From assembly GCA_022841965.1 (NCBI GenBank), contig JALHQM010000003.1, positions 50,549-114,548 on the forward strand: a DNA stretch of 64,000 nt, given 5' to 3'. This DNA is from Hyphomicrobium sp. Lineage in GTDB: Bacteria; Pseudomonadota; Alphaproteobacteria; Rhizobiales; Hyphomicrobiaceae. The notes under the pieces were generated by a model. That model searched no databases. It was not told where the DNA came from and saw only the letters and a list, made by a program, of their open reading frames with translations. Shown here piece by piece: positions 1 through 9,417 of the stretch (the stretch's first letter is position 1; the number at the start of each line of letters is the position of its first letter). The position numbers and the translations under genes were made by a program.

Positions 1-732
1 CGCGGCACACGCGAAATCGCGTTCACCGGAGGCGAGCCCTTCTTGAACCCCGAATTCGAGACGATCCTCACCGAGACCCTTGAGCGCGGCTTTGAAACGC
101 TCGTCCTCACCAACGCCATGGCACCGATGCAGCGTCCCGGCGTCAGAGCCTGGCTCTTGAACCTGCGCCAACGTTTTGGCGATAAACTCTCACTGCGGGT
201 CAGCCTCGACCACGCCACCGAAGCCCGGCACGATGAGGAGCGCGGACCTGGCGCCTTTGCCAAAGCCGTCGAAGGAACCGATTGGCTCTCAGGGAACGGG
301 TTCCGCCTCGCCATCGCCGGCCGCACGTGTTGGGGTGAAAGCCACGAAGACGGGATCGGCGGCTACGCCAAGCTCTTTAACGAACGGGGCTGGCGGCTCG
401 ACGCCTACGCTCCTCGCGATCTCGTGCTTTTCCCTGAAATGGACGGCTCCATCGACGTCCCCGAGATCACGCCGGCCTGCTGGGGCATCCTCAACATAAG
501 TCCAGACGCGATGATGTGCGCGTCCTCCCGCATGGTTGTGAAACGCAAGGATGCGGCGGCTCCAGCCGTCCTTCCCTGCACGCTGCTCCCGTACGATGAG
601 CGTTTCGAAATGGGCGCCACACTCAGCGACTCAGCCCGCGCCGATGGCGGCATGTTCGATCACGGCGCCGTCAAACTGGCCCACCCGCATTGCTCTCGCT
701 TCTGTGTCCTCGGCGGCGGAGCGTGTTCCTGA
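1..732 (+). CDS. Radical SAM protein with a Cys-rich C-terminal domain; 5' end lies outside the window
   Basis: Frame 1 is open from base 1 (RGTREIAFTGGEPFLNPEFE...). This is a typical radical-SAM TIM-barrel stretch, and the C-terminus is Cys-rich (HPHCSRFCVLGGGACS). Confidence 0.6.
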   Translation, partial: RGTREIAFTGGEPFLNPEFETILTETLERGFETLVLTNAMAPMQRPGVRAWLLNLRQRFGDKLSLRVSLDHATEARHDEERGPGAFAKAVEGTDWLSGNGFRLAIAGRTCWGESHEDGIGGYAKLFNERGWRLDAYAPRDLVLFPEMDGSIDVPEITPACWGILNISPDAMMCASSRMVVKRKDAAAPAVLPCTLLPYDERFEMGATLSDSARADGGMFDHGAVKLAHPHCSRFCVLGGGACS

Positions 733-766
733 CAAACGAAAACCCCGAAGCGTCGCCGCTCCGGGG
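733..766 (-). terminator. Putative rho-independent terminator downstream of mscL
   Basis: Hairpin ccccgaagcg/cgctccgggg (743-766, one mismatch). On the minus strand it is followed by TTTTCGTTTG (733-742). Confidence 0.5.
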
Positions 767-794
767 CCAGTTAGCCTCATAAAAGAAGCGTGGC

Positions 795-1187
795 TTACTT
801 CCTTGCGACCAGAGCGTCGCGGATTTCCTTCAGATACACTTCCGACTGCGGCGGTGCGGCCGGAGCGGCAGCCGGTGCCGGTTTCTTCATCGAGTTCATC
901 GCCTTGACCAGCAAGAAGATCGCGAATGCCGTGATCAGAAACTTGATGACCGCATTGAGAAACAGGCCGTACTTAATGCCCACGCCGTCACCGGTCGGCG
1001 TCGGCAGCGTCACGGCAAGCGTCGAAAAGTCGACCCCGGCCATCGCATAGCCGATCGGCGGCATGACGATATTGTCGACGAGCGTCGAGACGATGGGCGC
1101 GAACGCCGCACCCATAATGACGCCGACCGCAAGGTCGACGACGTTGCCCTTCATCGCGAATTCGCGGAATTCTTGGATCATGCCCAT
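795..1187 (-). CDS. mscL: Large-conductance mechanosensitive channel MscL
   Basis: 130 aa. N-terminus MIQEFREFAMKGNVVDLAVGVIMGAAF...IVMPPIG is the MscL signature. Confidence 0.9.
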   Translation of the reverse strand: MGMIQEFREFAMKGNVVDLAVGVIMGAAFAPIVSTLVDNIVMPPIGYAMAGVDFSTLAVTLPTPTGDGVGIKYGLFLNAVIKFLITAFAIFLLVKAMNSMKKPAPAAAPAAPPQSEVYLKEIRDALVARK

Positions 1188-1517
1188 CGTGTCTTCCCCT
1201 GTTTTCTATGCCGGCCCCAACCACGCGCCCAAATGGCCACGCGGAAATGCCGCGCGCTCGCCGGAAATCGGCGATTCGCTGACGGGACGATAGGCAACCC
1301 GACGTTCCAGAACAATCCTTGGTCTGCATTTCATTTGTTCCGCAAATGGGAATATCCTTCCCACCGGCCAACCAATTCTCAGGGCGCATGTCCGGCGCCT
1401 TGCCCGCCCGAACAAACAAAAGGCGAAAACCTGCTGGTACGTGGGTGATCCTGGGATAAACAAACCGCTCCCCTGCGCCTTAGCAGGGTCGAGCCGATGA
1501 AATGAGGGGGATGCGGG

Positions 1518-1778
1518 ATGATTGAGCGCAAGGAACGCAAGCCCTATTGGCGGCACACGAAGTGGCAGATGTTCGCCAGCTTGGTTCCGTTTCTCGCCGT
1601 GATTGTCATCCTGCCGCTCTACGCCGAGCAGCTGAATTCCAACAAATTCCTCGGCTTCCCACTCGGCTACTTTCTGGCCGCCCACGGTCTCGTTCTCATC
1701 GCTGTGATCACGGTGGCGAGCTTCGTCCGGCAGCAAGACGCGATTGACCACTGGCACGGCGCCCATGAGGACAATTGA
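1518..1778 (+). CDS. DUF4212-type small membrane protein (solute symporter small subunit)
   Basis: 86 aa with two hydrophobic helices. Its stop overlaps the start region of the following sodium:solute symporter gene, which is the usual pairing. Confidence 0.75.
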   Translation: MIERKERKPYWRHTKWQMFASLVPFLAVIVILPLYAEQLNSNKFLGFPLGYFLAAHGLVLIAVITVASFVRQQDAIDHWHGAHEDN

Positions 1779-1783
1779 CGGCA

Positions 1784-3622
1784 ATGGCCAATCTCTCCCC
1801 GTCACGCGCCGTTAATCCGCGTCTGGGCTCCTACTTTGGCATCTTTCTCAGCGCCTTCGCGGCCATCGCGTTGATGAGCCTCATTCTGTACGGTCTCGGC
1901 ATCGACGCGCCGATGTTGAGCTTAGCAATGCTGGTCGGTCCACTCGCGCTCTATGCGGGCATCGGTGCGGCCACTCACGCGACAAACCCGCTCGATTTTT
2001 TCGCCGCCGGCCGCCGCGTCCCGGCTTTCTTCAACGGCCTCGTCCTCGCCATGTCCGCTTTTGGCGCCACGGGTCTCGTCGGTCTCACCGGACTGTTCTT
2101 CCTCATCGGGTTTGACGCGCTGTTCATTGCCATCGGTGCGCTGGGCGGCTTTGTCATCATGGCGGTTCTTCTTGCGCCGTTCCTGCGCAAATTCGGTGCC
2201 TACACAATTCCGAGTTATCTCGGTCGCCGCTTCGAGTCACGGCCACTTCGCTTAGCCACGGCGCTCGTCGTCGCCGCGCCCATTCTCATGGTTCTCTCCG
2301 CCGAATTGCGCTTCGTGGCTGAAGCGGCGGTCCAGTTGTCCGGGTGGAGCCGGGGACACGTGTTCCTCCTCATCTATTTGGTGCTGCTGGCAACCCTCGT
2401 CACCGGCGGCATGCGCTCCATGACGTGGTCGGGCGTCGCACAAAGCTTGGCAGCTTTCATCGCCATCATGGTGCCGGTCATCATCGTCGCCGCCATCGTC
2501 ACGACGATGCCGGTCCCGCAGTTGACGCACGGACCTGTGCTACGCGCCGTCGGCCGCAATGAAGCGATCCAGGGCCTGCCGATCATTTTGCCGCCGATGT
2601 TGGCCTTCGACCTTCCTGGCCCCGAGTTGCAACCAATCCTGAAGCGCTTCGCCGATCCATTCGGCGCCGTTGGTGCCGGTGCCTTTGTCCTGGGCACCCT
2701 TTCGATGATCGCCGGGGTAGCGTCCGCTCCTTGGCTGCTGCCGCGATTGGCCGCCGCACCGGGAGTTTATGAAGCCCGCAAAACGCTGGGCTGGGCCACT
2801 TTTGTTTTCGGCATCGCCATGTTGACCGCCGCTTCGATCGCGGTGTTCATGCGCGATTACCTCATGGATCTCATTGCCACACCCGGCCCTGCGGTCGTTC
2901 CCCCGTGGCTTGCCGATCTGGCCAAGCGCGGCTTCGCCTCCATTACCGAAACCGGCACGCAATTCACCACCCAGAGCGTGAGCTTCGCCCGCGACAGCGT
3001 AATCCTCAGCCTTCCGGTCGCTGCCGGACTGCCGCCCATGCTGTTGGATCTAACCTTGGCAGCCATCGTCGCCGGCGGTCTGGTCACGGCCAGCGCCACC
3101 ACCACCGCACTCGGCCACATCCTGTCGGAGGACGTCCTGTTCGGCGGGACGTGGGATCCACCCCATGGTTCCTCCCGCCTCCACGCCGGCCGGGTCGGCA
3201 TCGCGGTTGCCGCCATTTCTGGCATTCTGGCCGCCGCTTTCCTAACGACTGATCCCCTCCGCGTCGTCTTGAGCGCTTTCGCCATCGGCGGCTCGGCCCT
3301 GTTCTCGGTCTTGGTGCTCTCGATCTGGTGGAAGCGCATGAACGCCTATGGCGCTCTGGCCGGCGTCCTCACAGGGTTTGCCACAGCCGTCCTTGTCGTC
3401 ATTGGTGGACAGGCCGAAGGCGCTGCCGTCCCGAGCGCGCTGGCGGCCCTAATCGGCATCCCTGCTTCAATGGCCGCCGTGTTCGCGGTCTCGTTCGCCA
3501 CCCCCGCTCCAAGCCGGCATGTCCTCGAGATGCTGCGCGATATCCGCGTCCCTGGCGGCGAAATTCTGTACGATCGCGAACTGCGCACCCAGCGGCTGAA
3601 GAAGCAGCGGCAACTCGGCTGA
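1784..3622 (+). CDS. Sodium:solute symporter family permease (VC_2705/ActP-like subfamily)
   Basis: About 612 aa and polytopic. It is paired with the DUF4212 gene. The start is either ATG 1784 or TTG 1775, which overlaps the upstream stop. Confidence 0.85.
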   Translation: MANLSPSRAVNPRLGSYFGIFLSAFAAIALMSLILYGLGIDAPMLSLAMLVGPLALYAGIGAATHATNPLDFFAAGRRVPAFFNGLVLAMSAFGATGLVGLTGLFFLIGFDALFIAIGALGGFVIMAVLLAPFLRKFGAYTIPSYLGRRFESRPLRLATALVVAAPILMVLSAELRFVAEAAVQLSGWSRGHVFLLIYLVLLATLVTGGMRSMTWSGVAQSLAAFIAIMVPVIIVAAIVTTMPVPQLTHGPVLRAVGRNEAIQGLPIILPPMLAFDLPGPELQPILKRFADPFGAVGAGAFVLGTLSMIAGVASAPWLLPRLAAAPGVYEARKTLGWATFVFGIAMLTAASIAVFMRDYLMDLIATPGPAVVPPWLADLAKRGFASITETGTQFTTQSVSFARDSVILSLPVAAGLPPMLLDLTLAAIVAGGLVTASATTTALGHILSEDVLFGGTWDPPHGSSRLHAGRVGIAVAAISGILAAAFLTTDPLRVVLSAFAIGGSALFSVLVLSIWWKRMNAYGALAGVLTGFATAVLVVIGGQAEGAAVPSALAALIGIPASMAAVFAVSFATPAPSRHVLEMLRDIRVPGGEILYDRELRTQRLKKQRQLG

Positions 3623-3851
3623 AGAGACATCCCCACCTGCCCCTGTTTTCAGGTAGCCTAAGATCAGCGAAACTCCTACTTAGGTCGCGGATGGCCTGCT
3701 GCGCGTTGCCGAGGCAAGACAGGCTTGTCAACCGCGTGAAAACTTTTCCACGGGGCTTGGTTCCAGCCTCCCGTATGATGAACCCGATGACGATCAACGC
3801 ACGCAAAATGAGCCCCGGAGCTTCAATCCGGAAATGGGAGGGCGGCACACA

Positions 3852-4529
3852 ATGATGCCCATCACCTCCGGCGCTCACGCACGCGCCACGGGCCAAAAGC
3901 CGCGCATCCTAGTCGCCGATAAGAATCCCGTCGTCCGCACCGGCTTGGCCGAACTCATCGCCCGCGATGGCCGCTTCGACATTGTCTCCACCGTCGCGAC
4001 CGGTAGCGCCTTCATCGCCGCGTGCACTGAAGGCCATGTCGACATCGGCCTCATCGGCTGGTCACTCCCCGACATGACCGGCGGGGACGTGCTCGAAACC
4101 TTAAAGCGCCGCCAGATCGGCGCGCGCGTCATCATCTACACCGGCGAGTCGGTTTCAGATGTTTTGCGCCAAACGATCAAGTCCGGAGCCTGGGGGTTCA
4201 TCTCAAAGAGCGACGAGCCCCCCGTTCTCCTCGACACCATCTCGTGGGTTGCGCGCGGCCGCCTCTGCTTCCCCTACGTCGATCTCGAAACGCTCTCGCA
4301 GGACCCGCTCGAAATGCTGACCTCGCGCGAACGCGAATTGTTGGCCGCCCTTGCAAATGGGTGGTCCAATCTGCAGATCGCGTCGCGCATTGGAATTTCG
4401 CGCAATACCGTCAAGTACCATCTGAAAAATCTGTACGACAAACTGGGCGTCAACAACCGCGCCATGGCGGTTGCGCTGTTTATGTCGAAGACCGCGCGCA
4501 CGCCGTTACAGGACACGCCGGCCGGGTAG
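3852..4529 (+). CDS. Two-component response regulator, LuxR/FixJ family (REC + HTH)
   Basis: RILVADKNPVVRTGL...D...WSLPDMTG receiver domain, then LTSRERELLAALANGWSNLQIASRIGISRNTVKYHLKNLYDKLGV HTH. GGGAGGG lies upstream of ATG 3852. Confidence 0.85.
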   Translation: MMPITSGAHARATGQKPRILVADKNPVVRTGLAELIARDGRFDIVSTVATGSAFIAACTEGHVDIGLIGWSLPDMTGGDVLETLKRRQIGARVIIYTGESVSDVLRQTIKSGAWGFISKSDEPPVLLDTISWVARGRLCFPYVDLETLSQDPLEMLTSRERELLAALANGWSNLQIASRIGISRNTVKYHLKNLYDKLGVNNRAMAVALFMSKTARTPLQDTPAG

Positions 4530-4819
4530 GGATTCCGCTACCCAAATGGATAGCCACAAACCACCTTTGTCCGGTATCAAACCCACCCATCTGAGCCGCA
4601 AATCTCTCCGCGCGGGTATTGTGATGCCCTAAGCAATCGTGAATGTTGCGCTCGACCAGCCGGTGGTATGTCGAGGGGCTCACACCGGGCCCCTGCGGAT
4701 CGCCACGGCCCGGCAGAATTCATCACCTGCAGCGAATGCCGCGCCGGAAAGCGTCCCACAAGAGGCGCTCGACAACGCGACGCCGCCGCGAGTTCGAACC
4801 GACGACTGGAGGAAATATC

Positions 4820-6025
4820 ATGTCCGTCACGCCGCATCTTTTTATCCCCGGCCCGACCAACATCCCCGACGCTGTCCGCATGGCCATGAATGTGCCCATG
4901 ATCGACATGCGCTCGGGCGAATTCCCCAAGCTCACGCTGCCGATCTTCGAAGACCTCAAGAAGGTCTTCAAGATGAAAGACGGTCGCGTATTCATCTTTC
5001 CGTCGTCCGGAACGGGCGCTTGGGAATCGGCCATCCAGAACACATTGAAGACCGGCGACAAGGTTCTCATGAGCCGCTTCGGCCAGTTCTCGCTACTCTG
5101 GGTCGATATGGCTGAGCGTCTCGGTCTTAAGGTCGAACTCTGCGACGAAGAGTGGGGCACGGGCGTTCCGCTCGAAAAGTATGCCGACATCCTCGCCAAA
5201 GATAAGGCGCACGAAATCAAGGCTGTCTTCGCAACACACAACGAAACCGCGACGGGTGTTACCTCCGACATCGCCGGCGTCCGCAAGGCACTCGATGCCG
5301 CCAAGCACCCCGCGATGTTGTTTGTCGACAGCGTGTCCGGCGTTGGCTCGCTCGATATGCGCATGGGCGAATGGGGCGTCGACTGCTGCGTCTCCGGTTC
5401 GCAGAAAGGCTTCATGCTCCCCACCGGCCTTGGCATCCTCGCCGTCAGCCAGAAGGCACTTGACGCCAACAAGGCAGGCGGCGGCATGCCGCGGTGCTTC
5501 CTCGCCTGGGAAGATCACATTAAGACCAACGATCTCGGCTACTTCCCCTACACGCCCGCAACCCAGCTCATTCAGGGCCTGCGCGCATCGCTCGACTTAA
5601 TCTTCGCAGAAGGTCTGGAGAATATCTTCGCCCGCCACCACCGCCTTGCGACCGGCGTCCGCGCCGCAGTCGACGCATGGGGCCTCAAGCTCTGCGCCAA
5701 GGAAGCCAAATGGCACTCCGATACCGTGTCGGCGATCCTCGCTCCTGAAGGGATCGACAGCGCCCAGATCGTTAAGACGGCTTACTACCGTTACAACACC
5801 TCGCTCGGCGTCGGCCTGAACAAAGTCGCCGGTCGCGTCTTCCGCATCGGCCACCTTGGTTCGCTCGACGAATTCATGGTTGGTGGCGTTCTCTTCTCCG
5901 TCGAAATGGCGCTGAAGGATTGCGGCGTACCGGTGAAGTTCGGTTCGGGCACGGGCGCTGCGGCCGAGTATTTTAACTCGACGGCGACCAAGGCCGCCGA
6001 ACTGCCGAAGGCCAAGGCAGCCTAA
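4820..6025 (+). CDS. sgaA: Serine-glyoxylate aminotransferase (class V aminotransferase)
   Basis: MSVTPHLFIPGPTNIPDAV...SGSQKGFMLPTGLG (PLP-Lys motif). Strong RBS GGAGGAAATATC before ATG 4820. Serine-cycle neighbours support the call. Confidence 0.9.
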   Translation: MSVTPHLFIPGPTNIPDAVRMAMNVPMIDMRSGEFPKLTLPIFEDLKKVFKMKDGRVFIFPSSGTGAWESAIQNTLKTGDKVLMSRFGQFSLLWVDMAERLGLKVELCDEEWGTGVPLEKYADILAKDKAHEIKAVFATHNETATGVTSDIAGVRKALDAAKHPAMLFVDSVSGVGSLDMRMGEWGVDCCVSGSQKGFMLPTGLGILAVSQKALDANKAGGGMPRCFLAWEDHIKTNDLGYFPYTPATQLIQGLRASLDLIFAEGLENIFARHHRLATGVRAAVDAWGLKLCAKEAKWHSDTVSAILAPEGIDSAQIVKTAYYRYNTSLGVGLNKVAGRVFRIGHLGSLDEFMVGGVLFSVEMALKDCGVPVKFGSGTGAAAEYFNSTATKAAELPKAKAA

Positions 6026-6163
6026 GCAAATCCGGCGGCACTCTCAGCGGTGCCGCCGATCGTCTGCCTGCCGCTCTCTATTCCGGCACAGCCACGCCCG
6101 GTCGAGAAGCGGCGCACACCTTCAGACCATTCGAAATTCAAAACGACAACAAGGAAACGTCCG

Positions 6164-7111
6164 ATGAGCTTTACCCTCTACCCGCTCAAGAAGCAGCGTC
6201 TGCAGCGCTCTGAGCTTGCCGTTCCCGGTTCCAACGTGACCATGATCGAAAAGGCGCTCGTTTCGGCCGCCGATTATGTGTTCCTCGATTGCGAAGACGC
6301 CGTTGCCCCGCCGGATAAAGAGCAGGCCCGCAAGAACATCATTCAGGCGCTGAACGACTTGGATTGGAAGGGCCACGGCAAGACCGTCTCGGTCCGCATC
6401 AACGGCCTCGACACCCACTACTGCTGCCGCGACGTTGTCGATATCGTCGAGCAAGCCGGCTCGAAGCTCGACACCATCCTCATCCCCAAGGTCGGAGTTC
6501 CCGCCGACGTCTATGCGATCGAGAGCTTTGTCAGCCAGATCGAAGTTGCCAAGGGCTTCACCAATCGGATCGGCACAGAAGCGCTGATCGAAACGCCGCT
6601 CGGCATGGCCAACGTTGAAGCCATCGCCTCCGCCAACAGCCGCCTCGAAGCCATGCACTTTGGCGTCGCCGATTACGCCGCCTTCAACAAGGCCCGCACC
6701 GTCGTCATCGGTGGCCTGAACCCCGACTATCCCGGCGACCAGTGGCACTTTGCCCTCTCGCGCATGACGGTCGCCTGCCGCGCATACGGCTTGCGTCCCA
6801 TCGACGGCCCGTTCGGCGACTTCTCCGATCCAGCCGGCTACACGGCCGGTGCCAAGCGCGCTGCCGCTCTCGGCATTGAAGGCAAGTGGGCCATCCACCC
6901 CTCCCAGATCGAACTCGCCAACGCTGTGTTCTCACCCACGGCTGCCGAAGTCGAAAAAGCAAAGCGCATCATCGCCGCTCTCAAGGAAGCCGAAGCCCAG
7001 GGTAAGGGCGCCGCCTCTCTTGACGGCAAGATGATCGACGCGGCCTCTGAGAAGATGGCAACGAACATTCTGGTGGTCGCTGACAAGATCGCGTCGAGCG
7101 GCGGCAAGTAA
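6164..7111 (+). CDS. mclA: Malyl-CoA lyase (HpcH/CitE-like aldolase)
   Basis: [10 protein letters not shown]...[10 protein letters not shown]...[17 protein letters not shown]... is CitE/Mcl-like. RBS AAGGAAAC. Lies between sgaA and mtkAB. Confidence 0.9.
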   Translation: MSFTLYPLKKQRLQRSELAVPGSNVTMIEKALVSAADYVFLDCEDAVAPPDKEQARKNIIQALNDLDWKGHGKTVSVRINGLDTHYCCRDVVDIVEQAGSKLDTILIPKVGVPADVYAIESFVSQIEVAKGFTNRIGTEALIETPLGMANVEAIASANSRLEAMHFGVADYAAFNKARTVVIGGLNPDYPGDQWHFALSRMTVACRAYGLRPIDGPFGDFSDPAGYTAGAKRAAALGIEGKWAIHPSQIELANAVFSPTAAEVEKAKRIIAALKEAEAQGKGAASLDGKMIDAASEKMATNILVVADKIASSGGK

Positions 7112-7152
7112 ACAACGACGTACGGCGGAATGCGATTCAAGGAGGTCCGACA

Positions 7153-8322
7153 ATGGACATTCACGAATACCAGGCCAAGGAACTGCTCTCTAGGTTCGGC
7201 GTCGCCGTCCCCCGTGGCGGCCTTGCCTATAGTCCTGAGCAGGCAGTTTATCGTGCAAACGAGATCGGTGGCGCGAAGTGGGCTGTGAAAGCACAGATCC
7301 ACTCCGGTGCTCGCGGTAAGGCCGGTGGAATCAAACTCTGCCGTACGGACAACGACATCGAGGAGGCTGCCGAGTCATTGCTCGGCAAGCGCCTCGTGAC
7401 GACGCAGACGGGCCCGACGGGAAAACTCGTCTCGCGCCTCTACATCGAGGAAGCGACCGACATCGACAAGGAGATTTACCTCTCCTTCGTCATGGACCGC
7501 GCCGCCGAACGCATCGTGGTTGTCGCCTCCGCAGCGGGCGGCATGGACATCGAAGAGATTTCCCACAGCCGTCCTGACACGCTCATCAAGGTCGAGGTCG
7601 ACCCTGCCGTCGGTATGCAGGGCTTCCAAGCCCGCGAGGTTGCCTTCGGCCTCGGGATTGAGCCCGAGCTCATTTCCAAAATGGAGCGCACGATCCTCGG
7701 CGCATACCGCGCTTTCCGCGATCTTGATGCCACCATGGTCGAGATCAATCCGCTGGTCATCACGAAACAGAAGAACGTCGTGGCGCTCGACGCCAAGATG
7801 AGCTTCGACGAAAACGCACTGTTCCGCCGTCCGCAGATCGCGGAATTGCGCGACAAGAGCCAGGAAGACCCGCGCGAAACCTACGCGTCCGACCGCGGCC
7901 TTGCCTACGTCGGCCTCGACGGTAACATCGGCTGCATCGTCAACGGCGCCGGTCTCGCCATGGCCACGCTCGACATGATCAAGTTGGCCGGCGGCGACCC
8001 GGCAAACTTCCTCGACATCGGCGGTGGCGCAAGCCCCGAGCGCGTGACGAAGTCGTTCAAGGCTGTCCTTCGCGACAAGAACGTGAAGGCCATCCTCGTC
8101 AACGTCTTCGCTGGCATCAATCGCTGCGACTGGGTTGCCAAGGGCGTGGTCGACGCGGTCAAGGAACTCGATATCAAGATGCCGATCGTCGTTCGGCTTG
8201 CCGGCACCAACGTCGAAGAAGGCCGTCGCATCATCGATACCAGCGGCCTCACAGTCATCAGCGCCGATTCGCTGGCGGACGCGGCGGCCAAGGCCGTCGC
8301 CGCCGCCAAGTCCGCAGCTTGA
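7153..8322 (+). CDS. mtkA: Malate-CoA ligase (malate thiokinase) beta subunit
   Basis: [17 protein letters not shown]... is an ATP-grasp succinyl-CoA-synthetase-beta-like sequence, 389 aa. It is called mtkA rather than sucC because it sits in the mcl/ppc/sga cluster. Confidence 0.85.
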   Translation: MDIHEYQAKELLSRFGVAVPRGGLAYSPEQAVYRANEIGGAKWAVKAQIHSGARGKAGGIKLCRTDNDIEEAAESLLGKRLVTTQTGPTGKLVSRLYIEEATDIDKEIYLSFVMDRAAERIVVVASAAGGMDIEEISHSRPDTLIKVEVDPAVGMQGFQAREVAFGLGIEPELISKMERTILGAYRAFRDLDATMVEINPLVITKQKNVVALDAKMSFDENALFRRPQIAELRDKSQEDPRETYASDRGLAYVGLDGNIGCIVNGAGLAMATLDMIKLAGGDPANFLDIGGGASPERVTKSFKAVLRDKNVKAILVNVFAGINRCDWVAKGVVDAVKELDIKMPIVVRLAGTNVEEGRRIIDTSGLTVISADSLADAAAKAVAAAKSAA

Positions 8323-8342
8323 GGGAAAGAGGAGTAGATCTC

Positions 8343-9239
8343 ATGTCGATCTTCATCAACGAAAACACCTCGATCCTGATCCAGGGCTTCACCGGCCGCA
8401 TCGGCACCTTCCACGCGCAGGAAATGATCGACTACGGGTCCAACGTGGTCGGCGGTGTCACGCCCGGCAAGGGTGGCTCCACCCACCTCGGACGCCCGGT
8501 CTTCAACACCGTCAAAGGTGCGGTGCAGGAAACGGGCGCCGAAGCCTCCATCGTCTTCGTGCCGCCGCCGTTCGCGGCTGACGCAATCATGGAAGCCGCC
8601 GACGCCGGCATCCGCTACTGCGTCTGCATCACCGACGGCATTCCCGCCCAAGACATGATCCGCGTGAAGCGGTACATGCGCCGCTACAAAAAAGAGCAGC
8701 GCATGATCCTCACCGGCCCGAATTGCGCTGGTACGATCTCTCCCGGCAAGGCGATGCTCGGCATTATGCCGGGAAACATCTACATGCCGGGCCGCATCGG
8801 CATCGTCGGCCGTTCCGGCACGCTGGGCTATGAAGCAGCAGCCCAACTCAAGGATCTCGGCATTGGTGTGTCGACCTCGGTCGGCATCGGCGGCGATCCG
8901 ATCAACGGCTCGTCGCATCGTGACATCCTTGAACACTTCGAGAATGATCCCGACACGGACGCCGTCCTGATGATCGGCGAAATCGGTGGTCCACAGGAAG
9001 CCGAAGCTGGCATGTGGGCGAAGGCCAACATGAAGAAGCCGGTTGTGGCCTACATTGCGGGCCTATCGGCGCCGAAGGGCCGCCGCATGGGTCATGCCGG
9101 CGCAATCGTCTCGGCATTCGGTGAATCGGCCGCTGAAAAGGTCGAGATCCTGAAAGGCTGCGGCGTCGCTATTGCGCCGACGCCCTCGGAAATGGGCGCG
9201 ACAATCGCCAAGGTCCTTCAGGCCCGCAAGGCCGCGTAA
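8343..9239 (+). CDS. mtkB: Malate-CoA ligase alpha subunit
   Basis: MSIFINENTSILIQGFTGRIGTFHAQ...GHAGAI is SucD-like with the phospho-His loop. RBS GAGGAG upstream of ATG 8343. Confidence 0.85.
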   Translation: MSIFINENTSILIQGFTGRIGTFHAQEMIDYGSNVVGGVTPGKGGSTHLGRPVFNTVKGAVQETGAEASIVFVPPPFAADAIMEAADAGIRYCVCITDGIPAQDMIRVKRYMRRYKKEQRMILTGPNCAGTISPGKAMLGIMPGNIYMPGRIGIVGRSGTLGYEAAAQLKDLGIGVSTSVGIGGDPINGSSHRDILEHFENDPDTDAVLMIGEIGGPQEAEAGMWAKANMKKPVVAYIAGLSAPKGRRMGHAGAIVSAFGESAAEKVEILKGCGVAIAPTPSEMGATIAKVLQARKAA

Positions 9240-9417
9240 GCCCTCGCCGCTTTTCCGAACACGAATTCGCCGTCCGCGTCCCATCGATGCGGACGGCCAA
9301 AAATGAAGCAAGCATCCGGGCCCCGGGCCGTTCGAGATCTTGCCGGGTGTGGGTCAGTGCCCCGGCCCTCAGGTTCGAAACCCTGATCTGGTCCGTTCCC
9401 TTCTGGAGGAATGCCGC

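Noticed and set aside
7153-9239. Calling these genes sucC/sucD (succinyl-CoA synthetase)
   Set aside because: They are flanked by mcl, sga and ppc, and no sdh, suc or mdh genes are adjacent. The malate thiokinase (mtkAB) assignment fits better, although sequence alone cannot fully separate the two without a tree.
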